A stretch of 63,951 nucleotides of DNA, filler included, from Octopus bimaculoides (lineage: Eukaryota): NCBI RefSeq assembly GCF_001194135.2. It is 6 parts of 6 records of this genome, joined end to end, with 100 filler letters (N's around TTAATTAATTAA, not from the genome) between each part and the next. Parts side by side here need not be neighbours in the genome. Positions count along the whole stretch, not along the records: positions 1 to 23,463 come from NC_068992.1; positions 23,564 to 30,743 come from NC_068988.1; 4 more parts are not named here. The stretch is one strand, 5' to 3'. A program made the position numbers and the translations under genes. The stretch's first letter is position 1; each line of letters starts with the position of its first letter. Positions 12,161 to 25,095 of the stretch are shown here, piece by piece. The notes under the pieces are model-generated. The model was not told the DNA's origin. It saw only the letters and a program-made list of their open reading frames with translations, and did not search any database.

Positions 12161-12847
12161 AGAAAAAAGAGATATATTTATATTTCATTCTCTCTCTCTC
12201 ACTCTCTCTCTTTATCTCTCGCAATATGTATAAATGTATATTTAATCATATTTAACGCAATGATATATTTTTGAACAGTAACTGTTTGAGACAGTAGAAA
12301 CACATTAGAGACAGACAGACAGACAGACAGAGACAGAGAGGAGAAAGAGAAGAGAGAGAGGGAAGGAGGAGAGGAGTATTAAAAATACTGTCTGTACATA
12401 AATAATAAAATAGTTGTCACACCTTCTCACCCTCGTCACCTCAAGTACGTACAGATACACACCTACTCACACACATATACATTCACACAATGTGAGCGTA
12501 TGAAAGTACTTGCAGACAAATAGAATATTTAAGAAGGCAATGAAAGATTCCTACGTTCAGGCGATATTCTCCAAGAGTAATACCTGCATAAAGATAAATT
12601 TGACTATTCTTATTTTCACATTTACTCTTCCAACCTATCATAAGAGAAATGTCTCTGTGTGTGCATGTATGTATATATATAATGGCACGAAACTGCGTTT
12701 AACCCTCTGATCGATAACTGATGAGGGGTTGGTGACCTGTGTCGCTTGTGCTCGTTTGTGTATTCACTAGACGTTTTTTTTAATTATACATATATGGGTA
12801 TGTCAAATTTTCCGTTTGTTGTCTTGTTTTTTTTTAAATCCTGAATG

Positions 12848-12883
<36 letters not shown>

Positions 12884-12995
12884 AGTGTGTGTGTGTGTGT
12901 TAAATAATGAGGGTAGAAATTGATATCAATCATTTAAAATCAATTTGAACCAGTGGTCTAGCATATCTAAGAAAAATCCGAAGATTTGAAAATTG

Positions 12996-13197
12996 TATTA
13001 CAATTAATAAGAGGAATGACCACTAAAGTGGATTCCTAATTTGCTAAAGATAGACGTCAAATCGCCTTACCACGAAGAGTGTGTTCTCAAGAATACACTC
13101 TTGAAAACACACTTTTAGTGGTAAGGCGATTTGACTTCTATCTTTAGCATATTAGGAATCCACTTTAGTGGTCATTCCTATTATTAATTGTATTATA
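12996..13197. mobile_element. Foldback/palindromic element, about 100-bp arms, tiny loop
   Basis: GGAATGACCACTAAAGTGGATTCCTAAT..TCAAGA at the left is mirrored by TCTTGA..ATTAGGAATCCACTTTAGTGGTCATTCC at the right, with few mismatches. Right side runs into a gap. Confidence 0.85.
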
Positions 13198-13950
13198 NNN
13201 NNNNNNNNNNNNNNNNNNNNNNNNNNNNNNNNNNNNNNNNNNNNNNNNNNNNNNNNNNNNNNNNNNNNNNNNNNNNNNNNNNNNNNNNNNNNNNNNNNNN
13301 NNNNNNNNNNNNNNNNNNNNNNNNNNNNNNNNNNNNNNNNNNNNNNNNNNNNNNNNNNNNNNNNNNNNNNNNNNNNNNNNNNNNNNNNNNNNNNNNNNNN
13401 NNNNNNNNNNNNNNNNNNNNNNNNNNNNNNNNNNNNNNNNNNNNNNNNNNNNNNNNNNNNNNNNNNNNNNNNNNNNNNNNNNNNNNNNNNNNNNNNNNNN
13501 NNNNNNNNNNNNNNNNNNNNNNNNNNNNNNNNNNNNNNNNNNNNNNNNNNNNNNNNNNNNNNNNNNNNNNNNNNNNNNNNNNNNNNNNNNNNNNNNNNNN
13601 NNNNNNNNNNNNNNNNNNNNNNNNNNNNNNNNNNNNNNNNNNNNNNNNNNNNNNNNNNNNNNNNNNNNNNNNNNNNNNNNNNNNNNNNNNNNNNNNNNNN
13701 NNNNNNNNNNNNNNNNNNNNNNNNNNNNNNNNNNNNNNNNNNNNNNNNNNNNNNNNNNNNNNNNNNNNNNNNNNNNNNNNNNNNNNNNNNNNNNNNNNNN
13801 NNNNNNNNNNNNNNNNNNNNNNNNNNNNNNNNNNNNNNNNNNNNNNNNNNNNNNNNNNNNNNNNNNNNNNNNNNNNNNNNNNNNNNNNNNNNNNNNNNNN
13901 NNNNNNNNNNNNNNNNNNNNNNNNNNNNNNNNNNNNNNNNNNNNNNNNNN

Positions 13951-14345
13951 NTTCATTTAATTGAAGTGATGCCTGCAGACGCAGAGACATCTGTGGCCGG
14001 AGTTTAAAAAAAAAAGCCTCATTTAATGTTGAAAATGCGGTGAAGGCATTTTTCGTGAAATCTTTCTAACAGTTTGAAAGGTCTTTCATAACACGTTCAT
14101 GTTTCAGAAGAATGCAACAGGGATGGTAAGACAAACGATTTGTAAAGAGACAATTTTGTGTTGTTATTTATATGTCGCTGGCGCCAAACGCCTGACTCCA
14201 AACCACCAAATGCTTGTGCTGCCCTTTGAATTCGCAGATGTATTTCTTGTGTCCAGATTTCCATCATTTTGTACAGACCTTCCGAGGTAGATGAAAGAGT
14301 CAACAACCTCGAGTAACTTCCCCTTAACGAAAATTAGCTTACCCT
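13951..14345 (-). mobile_element. RTE-clade LINE remnant (post-RT region)
   Basis: LEVVDSFIYLG..QEIHLRIQRAAQAFGGLESGVWRQRHINNNTKLSLYKSFVLPSLLHSSET*..LLERFHEKCLHRIFNIK, with frameshifts. Typical RTE motifs YLGS, LLYGxETW, CLRxIL. Confidence 0.85.
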
Positions 14346-14786
14346 CAACACATACATACATACATACATACACGCATACAAGCATACATACATAGCTTAC
14401 ACACATACATACATGCACACACACACACGAACAAACATACTTACATAGCTTACATAGCTTACATAGATACATATATATACATACATACATACATTCATAT
14501 ATACACATACATGCATACATACACATGCATATATACATAAATGCATACATACATGCATTAATATATTCATACATACATACATGCATAGCTTACTTATACA
14601 TGCATACACACACATACATGCCCACTTCCAACACAAACACACATATGGGCGTAGATGTGCCTGTATACATACAGAATATATACAGACACAAACAACATAC
14701 ACACACGCACACAAATATACGTATATCTACATACATATATACATACATGCCTACATACATATATAAATATACATATATACATATAC

Positions 14787-14822
<36 letters not shown>

Positions 14823-15763
14823 CATATATATATATTTATAAAGAATATAAATATATACTTGCATGTGCGTGTGTGTATATACAGTATATATATGTGCAGA
14901 TATATAAAATATATATTTCCATATATATGTGACTATATGTGTGTGTATATGTGTGTACGCGTGTGTATGTATATGTATTTATATATGTATCTACATATAC
15001 AGATGCGTGTGTGTATGTATATATATGTATCTACGTATACAGATGTGTTTGTGTGTGTGTGTGTGTGTGTGTTTGGTAACCGTAATTTTCTCATCCTCCG
15101 CCATAGCTACCGGTATATGCTAACGATTATTCTGATAGTAGGTTTTCCGGCTGAATAATATGTAAATGTCTAAAGAATTCTTAAAACGGTTAAGTTACAG
15201 ATATCGAGATATTAATATCAGTTGTTTTGAATAATGTCATTTTAAGCATACAGAACTGCTTTTGATTTTCACATTTAGGAAATAGTAAAACAGCTGTCTG
15301 AGCAAATTGCTGAGGCTTGATAATGTGACGTGGGTTTTATCGATAATCTTATAGACGCATACTTATCATAGAAGCATTGGGAAAGGTAAAATTAGCATTC
15401 CATTTTCTGTGCCACGTTTCTGTATGCGGTATCTTTGGTTGTACCACCGACTGTGAGAACATAGGATCGCATTCTATCTCCAACGAATATGTAAATGAGC
15501 TTATATTTCAACAACTCATCGCTTCTTTTTTTGTTTTTGTTTTTTGGTCAGGAAGCTTCCTGTAGTTAACATAAGATGTATAAAACCTCATCCTATACCT
15601 AACAAAAGAATAGCAGTCAGATTTCGAAGGTCATATTAGAGAGGTCAAAGGAATTTCATTCCAAATTGCTGTATGAAACTAAACAGATAATTTGTTTACT
15701 CCAAACCTTGATGCAAGACCTTATGCCTGACAATCTAATTGTTATAATTGTTATTGAAGGTGG

Positions 15764-15958
15764 TGAGCTCGGCGAGCAAACATTCTCAGTGGCATTTCGT
15801 CCATCTTTACGTTCTGACTTCAAATTCTGCCGAAGTCGACTTTGTCTTTCATTGTTTCGGGGTCGATAAATTAAGTACCAGTTGATAACGGGGTCGATGT
15901 ATTCGACTATCCCCACGTCCAAATTTCAGGGCTTGTGCCTATAGTAGAAAGGATTATT
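15764..15958 (+). mobile_element. tRNA-derived SINE, family A
   Basis: GGCATTTCGTCCATCTTTACGTTCTGACTTCAAATTCTGCCGAAGTCGACTTTG..GGGGTCGATAAATTAAGTACCAG. Confidence 0.85.
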
Positions 15959-15962
15959 AATT

Positions 15963-16176
15963 GTTAGGCTAAAGGAAGAGAGTATGGTTGTTTTAGCATT
16001 GTCTTTTTTCCAAAATGCATCAGCTCAAATTTTTTCTCGTTTAGTTGCATTTTGCTTTTGTTTGCCCATTGGCTCACAGCATGTAGATCAGACTGGAGTT
16101 GAGTTCGGTCTTCTTCTTCATTGATGATTTTCTGGAGTTTAGTGTCACCAGCAAATATTAAATTTTTGAAATGCAA
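15963..16176 (-). mobile_element. CR1/L2-like LINE reverse transcriptase fragment
   Basis: LIFAGDTKLQKIINEEEDRTQLQSDLHAVSQWANKSKMQLNEKKFELMHFG: mutated FADD motif (FAGD) followed by the LQxDL..W..N.M.LN..K pattern of CR1-type RTs. Confidence 0.85.
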
Positions 16177-16669
16177 ATATGTTAATGAAAATTAAGTTTA
16201 ATTTGTAGCCAAAATAGTACTCAATCTTTTGACACCCCATACGTCAAAATCTCAAACTCGGTTTTGGAAAGCATAAGGAATATACATAATATCAATGAGG
16301 CAGACCTCTACATGGTAGCTAGACCTGGTAGAAATAGTAGCCAAATCTCCCTCAAAATGCCCTACGGTCTTAAAATGACAATTCTGCCTATTATGGAGTT
16401 TGAATGAGAAACTGTAACTAAAAATTAAGATTATTAACCACACAGAGAGAGGAAAGAAGAGAGACAGCATAGCGACGGTTTTGGCTGACTGTCATCCTGT
16501 ACTCCCCTTGTTGCTAGTGAAATGGCATGTGCCGGCTGTCTGAGCAACTGATTGTTTTAATGGCGGAACAAACAGGGCATAAAGATTACAAAATTGGCGA
16601 CGATTCTCACTTTGAGACTAACGATTTTGAAAATCTTTTTAGATTACAGAACGCCCCGCTCTCTCATGT

Positions 16670-16761
16670 ATCCATGTTTAAAATTTCAGCGCGATGGGAT
16701 GAACAATACTCGAGGTAGAAGCGCAGAAACAGACAGACAGAATGGATTTTATATATTAAGA
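16670..16761 (-). mobile_element. Helitron-like non-autonomous 5' end
   Basis: Minus strand A|TCTTAATATATAAAATCCATTCTGTCTGTCTGT..CATCCCATCGCGCTGAAATTTT, same layout as 1195-1500. The other end is not located. Confidence 0.4.
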
Positions 16762-18379
16762 TATGTATTTATTTGGTTGGTCATTGTACTTTCCAAATGG
16801 AAGGTATACATATGCACACAGTTAAATGAAACACGCACATACTCATGCATGTATGTATGCATTTATGTGTATGTGGGGGGTGTAATTAATTTATATATTA
16901 GCTGAAATATAGTGACTATAACTTCAGCTACCGAGAATAACTTATCTATTTAAATTTCTTGGATCAATAGAATATATACTAACAATAGACGCTACGGTGA
17001 AGCTAAACGCTTTGTATCCATCTCCTCCATGTGTGTGTGTTTAAGAGTGTATCTGCATATAACTACCTAGAGATGGGGAGATTTATCCATCATCATAACG
17101 TCCATATTATATAAAGTTTACCTGAATGATACAACGATAACAACAATAATATTCGTTGATTTATCGTTTTCTAAAATTTCCCATTCAACAATACCTATAT
17201 GTCTTCCATCTTAATATTCTTTGCCAGACATGAAAGCTTATAAGACGTCACCTGCAACTATGAACTTCATTCAAAGAAGACATTTTTTTCTTCTCCTTTT
17301 TGAAAAGGAAATAACTAGGAGATTTTGGCACTATTGATTATTACAAAATGGAAATATGTTTTAAAGATATGCATGGTTATATATTCCAATGTTGATTGAT
17401 ATTGATTTCGGGGAATGAATTTTTTACGTATGTAGTTTTCTTTCTGTTGTGCAGTGTTTTTTTTATTTTTTTATAACAAAACTTTCTACAATTGCATTTC
17501 ATTGTTGCATTAAATATCCAGCATAGTAGTAAATATCAATAATTGGATATTTTTCATTCTCACCATATGTATTTTGCCTATTGGAAATGAATAAGTTATC
17601 ATCAACTAAACTTATTAATTTAAAAATTGATAAATTCCATAACCTACGGTACATATTGCATTTCTCTACACTAAGAACAAATTTAAAATATGAATGACTT
17701 ACCTCGGGATTTGTTATCTGTTATATTATTTTATTTTTGTGGTTCATTGTCTTTTCGTTTTTTATCTTTAACGATTTTTATCTTCTGTAATTTGCAGAAG
17801 CGTTACAATATCCTTGTGCTTACATATTTCATACATCTGCATATTCTTTTGGTAAGTATCAAACTCGTTATCAGTATATTTTCAGGATAATTTTTACACA
17901 GAAATAATATTTTACACTATTTTATTTTCAAATACTTACAAGAATTTCGTACCAGAAATGGAAAATTTCGTAGTTTAACACTCGAGTACATTAATAATAA
18001 ATTAGGAAACGGAATTCGGAAAAGAAAAAAGAAAATTGCTTTTCTGTTTTTTCACACATCGAATATAAGGGAAATATATTCATGATTCTTTCAATCATTT
18101 CTAGTTATGTAAGGTGAATCAGTTGGCTTTTAAGTTTTCATTCAGTAAAGTATGGATGGCAGTAAGATTCACAAAAAAGCAGCGCTAGAAAACACATTTT
18201 TCGACGTGAGATATTTTGTAAAGTATTTGAGGCTAAGAGGGTTGATGTTAATTGATAAGGTAGTGGGATCAAGATACATTATATGGAGGTGTAAATTTTC
18301 TTGCAAGCACAGACAACAAAGGGGGTATATGGTTCTAACAAGTAGAAGAAACAGATGAACCCCAAACAAACAAAACACG

Positions 18380-18544
18380 ACAAAATCTAGGTGTAACAAT
18401 CGCAAGAAAATCAAGATGTAACAATCGCGACAAAATCAAGGTGTGACAATTGCAATAACTTCAAGGTGTAGCATTCGCAACAAAATTAAGGTGTAACAAT
18501 CGCAACAAAATCAAGTAAAAATCGCGACAAAATCAAGTTGTAAC
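18380..18544 (+). repeat. 25-bp minisatellite, about 6.5 copies
   Basis: Consensus ACAAAATCAAGGTGTAACAATCGCA repeated with substitutions and one shortened unit. Confidence 0.9.
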
Positions 18545-19540
18545 TTTAGGACTTAGTCAAAAACACTACAATGAATATATAGGAAATATAAAGGCTCGAA
18601 CAAGGCTTTCATCTGGACGTATTAGGAAGGAACACTTAAAGTTCAGACTGAAATAATTTTAAGAGTACAATTACTTTTATAGCAGAGCTGCAAAGGAAAT
18701 TTGCGCAACATTCAGTTTTTGTGGTTATTAACCCGCAGAATCAATTCGATAAATTCTGAGGTCATGCCCGCTGACATATATGATATGGTCGAATTTTCCA
18801 CATAATTGTTTTTCTTTACATTTTCACTTTCTATTTTCGTAGATTCTCTGCTCAAAGGTTATTTGGAAATACAGTAGGTCGGAATATAACGAAGACTTAT
18901 ATGAAATATTAAAGGCTGGAAACGTAAAGGCCGTATAAAATGGACCCAGTAATAGTTTAGCTCTTTCTGATCTCTTGTCGGTTATTGAATTACATTTTTA
19001 ATTCATTTAACGTCGGACATAACTTACCGAAATGCAATAAAGATCTGATTAAAATCTTTAACAGAATGAGTTATAGAAACTAGATTATACAGCAGTAATA
19101 CTTCGCAATAACTGCAAATTACTGGACAATAAATTCAGTGAATGTCTTCTTTCTGTCACGTGAGTAACGTTTATTGATCTTCGTGTTCGGGTTTAAAGAT
19201 GAAATGATAAATTTTAAGTCATCCTAAATAAATTACAATTATCGGAATTTAAGAAAAAAAAGTAATAACAAGGGGAATAAATTTACATACACACACACAC
19301 ACACAAAGCACGCAAATACACACACATTAGAGTGAGAAAGTGATTTTCCATTTTAGTCACTACTATTACCAGCTTCACTACCAAGACGACCACTGCCGGT
19401 ACCGCTTGACTCATCAGTTCTACTCTCACTACCACTCCCGCTCTTACAAACGCGTCACTTCCTGTGCTGTCTATTACACTAGGCTTCCACGATAATCACA
19501 TCTACAACGAATTATTATATACATACATATATACATACAA

Positions 19541-19571
<31 letters not shown>

Positions 19572-20112
19572 CATACAAACATATATATATGCAGGTTAAT
19601 GCAGGAAAATTCAGGGGCCTATCAACGAGGATCTCAGTCCACACAGTTTCGAGAAATGATATAGCGATATCGTATAATGCATTCCGGTTGGGTGTGTGTG
19701 TGTATGTATGTGTACAAGCTTGTGTGTGTGTATGTATGTGTACAAGCTTGTGTGTGTGTATTATGTAGGTATGTATATTTATTGTTCTTTGCATTTGTAT
19801 TTGTGTACCATTTCTCCGTTTTTTTCTTCGTCCTTGTTTTCCTATACATTCGCTGCTTTCTTCCAAGGAGTCTAATGCTCTTAGCTTAGTTTTTTCTTGG
19901 GGCTGGACAGATTAGAGCAATCTCGAGTATAACCAGCCGGAATTGCAAAGATAATCTGGTACTCGACTGAGGAAAGAAAACTTCGAATAATCCGTCAGTG
20001 TTTTTTCTTGTTCCTCTTTTGTATCATCTGTCTGGATGTTTTGCGTTCCTGTCCCATTTTTTGTATTCCTTTTTCTATATGTAGGTAGGTATGTATATAT
20101 GTATGTAGGTGT

Positions 20113-20221
20113 GGAGGCGCAATGGCCCAGTCGTTAGGGCAGCGGACTCACGGTCATAGGATCGCGGTTTCGATTCCATGACCGGGCGTTGTGAGTGTTT
20201 ATTGAGTGGAAACACCTAAAG
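20113..20221 (+). mobile_element. tRNA-derived SINE head, third family (truncated by gap)
   Basis: GGCGCAATGGCCCAGTCGTTAGGGCAGCGGACT..GGTTTCGATTCC has A and B boxes but continues into non-tRNA sequence TTGTGAGTGTTTATTGAG..AAACACCTAAAG and lacks a closing acceptor stem. Confidence 0.7.
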
Positions 20222-21593
20222 NNNNNNNNNNNNNNNNNNNNNNNNNNNNNNNNNNNNNNNNNNNNNNNNNNNNNNNNNNNNNNNNNNNNNNNNNNNNNNN
20301 NNNNNNNNNNNNNNNNNNNNNNNNNNNNNNNNNNNNNNNNNNNNNNNNNNNNNNNNNNNNNNNNNNNNNNNNNNNNNNNNNNNNNNNNNNNNNNNNNNNN
20401 NNNNNNNNNNNNNNNNNNNNNNNNNNNNNNNNNNNNNNNNNNNNNNNNNNNNNNNNNNNNNNNNNNNNNNNNNNNNNNNNNNNNNNNNNNNNNNNNNNNN
20501 NNNNNNNNNNNNNNNNNNNNNNNNNNNNNNNNNNNNNNNNNNNNNNNNNNNNNNNNNNNNNNNNNNNNNNNNNNNNNNNNNNNNNNNNNNNNNNNNNNNN
20601 NNNNNNNNNNNNNNNNNNNNNNNNNNNNNNNNNNNNNNNNNNNNNNNNNNNNNNNNNNNNNNNNNNNNNNNNNNNNNNNNNNNNNNNNNNNNNNNNNNNN
20701 NNNNNNNNNNNNNNNNNNNNNNNNNNNNNNNNNNNNNNNNNNNNNNNNNNNNNNNNNNNNNNNNNNNNNNNNNNNNNNNNNNNNNNNNNNNNNNNNNNNN
20801 NNNNNNNNNNNNNNNNNNNNNNNNNNNNNNNNNNNNNNNNNNNNNNNNNNNNNNNNNNNNNNNNNNNNNNNNNNNNNNNNNNNNNNNNNNNNNNNNNNNN
20901 NNNNNNNNNNNNNNNNNNNNNNNNNNNNNNNNNNNNNNNNNNNNNNNNNNNNNNNNNNNNNNNNNNNNNNNNNNNNNNNNNNNNNNNNNNNNNNNNNNNN
21001 NNNNNNNNNNNNNNNNNNNNNNNNNNNNNNNNNNNNNNNNNNNNNNNNNNNNNNATATATTAAAAATGGGGAAGGCCGGTTTATGTGCTTTTTCTTAGAG
21101 ACCGGCTCTTTCTCTAATGGCAGGAAAACTTGAAATAAAAATGAATGACACATACATACATACATACATATACACATGCATATATATATATATACATACG
21201 GAGAGAGAGACACAGACAGACAAATACACGTTTGTAAAACACCATACCACATAAGTTTTTGATTTATCAATACTGTCCCTGCGTCAAGAGGATGTATCAT
21301 AACTACCAATAGGCAATTATGATCAGCTTCACTTGAGGAGATATAGTCTCAAGAATCAAGAATTCTGCTAAATAGACAAGCTATAAAGAAAAGGGACGGG
21401 CTTATTATCTGGAAATAAGACTGTTGTGGACACGAGTTTCTAGCTCAATAACCGTCATCAACACGACCATTTTCTGATTATATCTTCAGTAGTCAAAGGA
21501 CTTAGATTATACTGGGTAATTTGCATAATTAAACAAAACTGAGTATCGAGAAATAACTCAAAATGGCCATTGACTTGTGTGCGTGCGAGTGTG

Positions 21594-21647
<54 letters not shown>

Positions 21648-22175
21648 TCCGTTATTTGATAACTAAGTTTGCTTTGTTTGCCACAAATAGAATAAGCACA
21701 AGACCTTAAAATGTAAGTATTAGTGTTGATTTGTTCTGTTAAATCTATTCAAGGTTATGCTCCAGCATGGCCGTAGACAAATGACTGAAACGAGTAAAAA
21801 ATATGAGAGAAAAGATACCTCTTAAACACATGTCTGAGTGAAGTTTAAGATTTTATAAATACCTGCTTTCACCCAGAAATGGGAGAAGAATCGCATATTT
21901 CTTAAAACGTATTTCCGTGGTTGGTTTTGTTTTAAATACTTCTTACAGACTGACGTGATTAGGGTACATGCGTTGTAAGATTTTGACGTTCACTTATGTC
22001 CATTTACATTCTAATTGCAATATCTAACCAATTTCCTATTTGTCTTTCATCTTCCTAGGATTGAAAAATAATTACAAATCAAGCATTCGCGTCAATTTAG
22101 TTGATTAAATCTACCATCGATCATTAACAACTTAATTTAAACTCCCCCACACTCACACAAAAACTGACACGCATT

Positions 22176-22212
<37 letters not shown>

Positions 22213-22422
22213 TAAAACAAAATGAAACCACCTGGTCTCCACGAATAAGAATGGATTCGACCAATAACCTGTCAATGTATTCCTTCCTCAGTGTTTAGTT
22301 TCTACTGAAAAAGTTAATGCGCAATTATAAGAGTCGGATGAGAGAGTCGCTGGTTCGGTCCAACCGCGTGGCCCTTTGGGCTGACTAACATCTTGTGAGA
22401 GAATTTGGTAGACGGAAACTGT

Positions 22423-22460
<38 letters not shown>

Positions 22461-22689
22461 NNNNNNNNNNNNNNNNNNNNNNNNNNNNNNNNNNNNNNNN
22501 NNNNNNNNNNNNNNNNNNNNNNNNNNNNNNNNNNNNNNNNNNNNNNNNNNNNNNNNNNNNNNNNNNNNNNNNNNNNNNNNNNNNNNNNNNNNNNNNNNNN
22601 NNNNNNNNNNNNNNNNNNNNNNNNNNNNNNNNNNNNNNNNNNNNNNNNNNNNNNNNNNNNNNNNNNNNNNNNNNNNNNNNNNNNNNNNN

Positions 22690-22733
<44 letters not shown>

Positions 22734-23118
22734 TCATTCATTGGACTGCGGCCATACTGGAGCACCACCTTGAATTTTCAGTCGAATGAATCGACCCCAG
22801 CACATATTTTTTTTTAACCTGGTGCCAATTCAACCAGTATCTTTTGCCGAACCGTCAAATTACGGGTACGGAAATACACCAACACCGGTTATCAAGCGGG
22901 GGTGGGGAACAGAGACACAAAGACACACGCAAACCTATACATATATACATGCTTACACGACGGGCTTCTTTCAGACCAAATCCAGACACAAGGCTTCGGT
23001 CGGCCCGAGGCTATAGTAAAAGACTATAGAAAACTAGTCGTAGTCCAAGGTGCCACACAGTGGGTGTGAACCCGGAAACATGTGGTTGGGAAGCAAGCCT
23101 TTGACTACACAGCCACGT
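22734..23118 (-). mobile_element. tRNA-derived SINE, family B, near full length
   Basis: Head at about 23118 (reverse complement GTGGCTGTGTAGTCAAAGGCTTGCTTCCCAACCACATGTTTCCGGGTTCACACCC), tail at about 22734. Confidence 0.85.
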
Positions 23119-23129
23119 CTGTGCCTATA

Positions 23130-23440
23130 TATATGGTGGTTGTCTACTCTTTATGCTGAGTTAGACCACCTCCTCTGCCTACACCTTAGAACCATCATGG
23201 CATCTGATGTGGCTTTTTAAACCAGACACCCACATAGATTGCATATCCGATTTGGACCACCAAGAGCTGCAGTTAAGTTCTGATTTTTCCGGATCTTAAA
23301 ATGTCTTTTGAGACCTATTTTAGATTTGCAAACCTTCTGGCATTCAAAGGTGTACACAGACATATGGGCAGAATAGTTGATGGAAGTTTTCCAAGAGTTC
23401 GCAAACGGGATTTGAGCCCAGCAAATGAAAGGCATGGTCT
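23130..23440 (-). mobile_element. LINE 3' end with C2H2 zinc-finger remnants (RTE-like)
   Basis: FECQKVCKSKIGLKRHFKI..ICNLCG..GLKSHIRCH then a stop and short 3' UTR ending in a (TA) tract; resembles RTE C-terminal zinc fingers. Confidence 0.55.
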
Positions 23441-23463
23441 GTCACAAACATTATATATATATA

Positions 23464-23563
23464 NNNNNNNNNNNNNNNNNNNNNNNNNNNNNNNNNNNNN
23501 NNNNNNNTTAATTAATTAANNNNNNNNNNNNNNNNNNNNNNNNNNNNNNNNNNNNNNNNNNNN
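23464..23563. other. Assembly spacer N44-TTAATTAATTAA-N44 (artefact)
   Basis: 12-mer at 23508-23519 gives stops in all six frames; the same 100-bp structure recurs five times. Confidence 0.95.
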
Positions 23564-24281
23564 ATGAAGAACTTTTGTACCGAGTTTATGAGGTAAGTCA
23601 CAGAACTTGTCCAAAATTCTTTCTCTTCAGCATGCATGCATGCATGCACATGCTCCCACACACACACATACATGCATGCACACACACACATACATGCACA
23701 CTCACACACACACACACACACAAGCACACACACATGCACAAAAACACACAAACACATACACACACAAACACACAAATGCACACACCCTCACACATGCACA
23801 ACCACACACACACACAAACACTCATACACACACTCAACGCACTCACAAACACAAACACACACACACATACACACTTACACCTGTGTGTGCGTGTGCACAC
23901 ACACATGCGACCCTTGATCCCCCACCAAAAAACAATGTTTGTGATACTACACATTGTATGACAGTCATTAATAGACAACATATACTCAACACAAATACAT
24001 GCTAAGCAGATGTTAGGCAACCACTACAAGGTCTGGTCCTTGTAGCAATATGGCAGCTTGTGTACCTCAATGACCCTGGGAGCTATTCCAGTTGAGTGCA
24101 AGCTTCTGGTAAGGCTTCCCATGCTGGATAGGTCTATGTAGGGCCAACATCCCTACCTAGAATATAGCTAAGTTACAGAAGCATTGCTGACAATCTAAAA
24201 TCGGCAAAACCTGGGAAAAGAGAAGGCAGCCCAGGGTCAAGAATGGAAGAGAAACATCAGCGGTGGCCTATGCTCCATAAC

Positions 24282-24761
24282 AAGCTCTGAGTTCAAATTC
24301 CATCAAGGTTAACCTTGCTATTTAACCTTTTGAGGTCGATAAATAAAGTAGCAGTCTTGAACTGGTATTAATTCTTCTCAGAATCACCAGGAAAAAAGTG
24401 AAGCAAATTCAAGGGCTCTTAATTAAAAGGCTAGGTAGAACTCTATTGCCATCAGCAGAAGCAGGGATAACGGTCCCATGTACTCTTTATTCCCTTCTTC
24501 TTTCTTTGGGCCCTGATGGAATCATAAAAACACCATTGTGACACACGGCATGTCTTCAGTGCTTTAGCCCTAACAGATCCTATCCCCATCCAAGTGGTAT
24601 AGCTAGACTGTGTGTCACTCAAGACAGCCCTTGAATTTTCTCCACTTTTTCCCTGGTGATTCCGAGAAGAATTCATACCAGTTCAAGACTGCTACTTTAT
24701 TTATCGACCTCAAAAGGTTAAATAGCAAGGTTAACCTTGATGGAATTTGAACTCAGAGCTT
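24282..24761. repeat. 136-bp inverted repeat (24282-24417 / 24626-24761) made of a decayed family A SINE, 208-bp spacer
   Basis: Arms read AAGCTCTGAGTTCAAATTCCATCAAGGTTAACCTTGCTATTTAACCTTTTGAGGTCGATAAATAAAGTAGCAGTCTTGAACTGGTA and its exact reverse complement, with a few mismatches in the inner part. Confidence 0.9.
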
Positions 24762-25058
24762 AAGAGAGCAAGAATGATTACAGCGTAGAAATCCATCCAG
24801 CATCTTAACAACGCTGACACACCTATTTAGATAATCATAAATATATGAAGTTTATAATTTTTGTGGATTATTATAGGATTTATGCTGATTATGTATTTAT
24901 AATTATATATTTATGTTGCATTTTTAATATTGCTTCGTATCTTAAAAAATATATCTTTCATAATAATATTGTTAAGTTTCATGATACAAAAAAGAAAATA
25001 GGACACAAAAACATGAGTTCATATATATGTATATATGTGTGCATGTGTGTGTGTATAA

Positions 25059-25095
<37 letters not shown>

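Noticed and set aside
18380-18544. CRISPR-like array
   Set aside because: Repeats are head-to-tail with no unique spacers, and the DNA is eukaryotic.
19960-19995. Hammerhead-like CTGAGGA-AAG-AAAA-CTT-CGAAT
   Set aside because: GAAA is GAAT and no stems I or III could be formed.
20113-20190. tRNA gene
   Set aside because: Has A and B boxes but no complete cloverleaf and continues into SINE body sequence; called as a SINE head.
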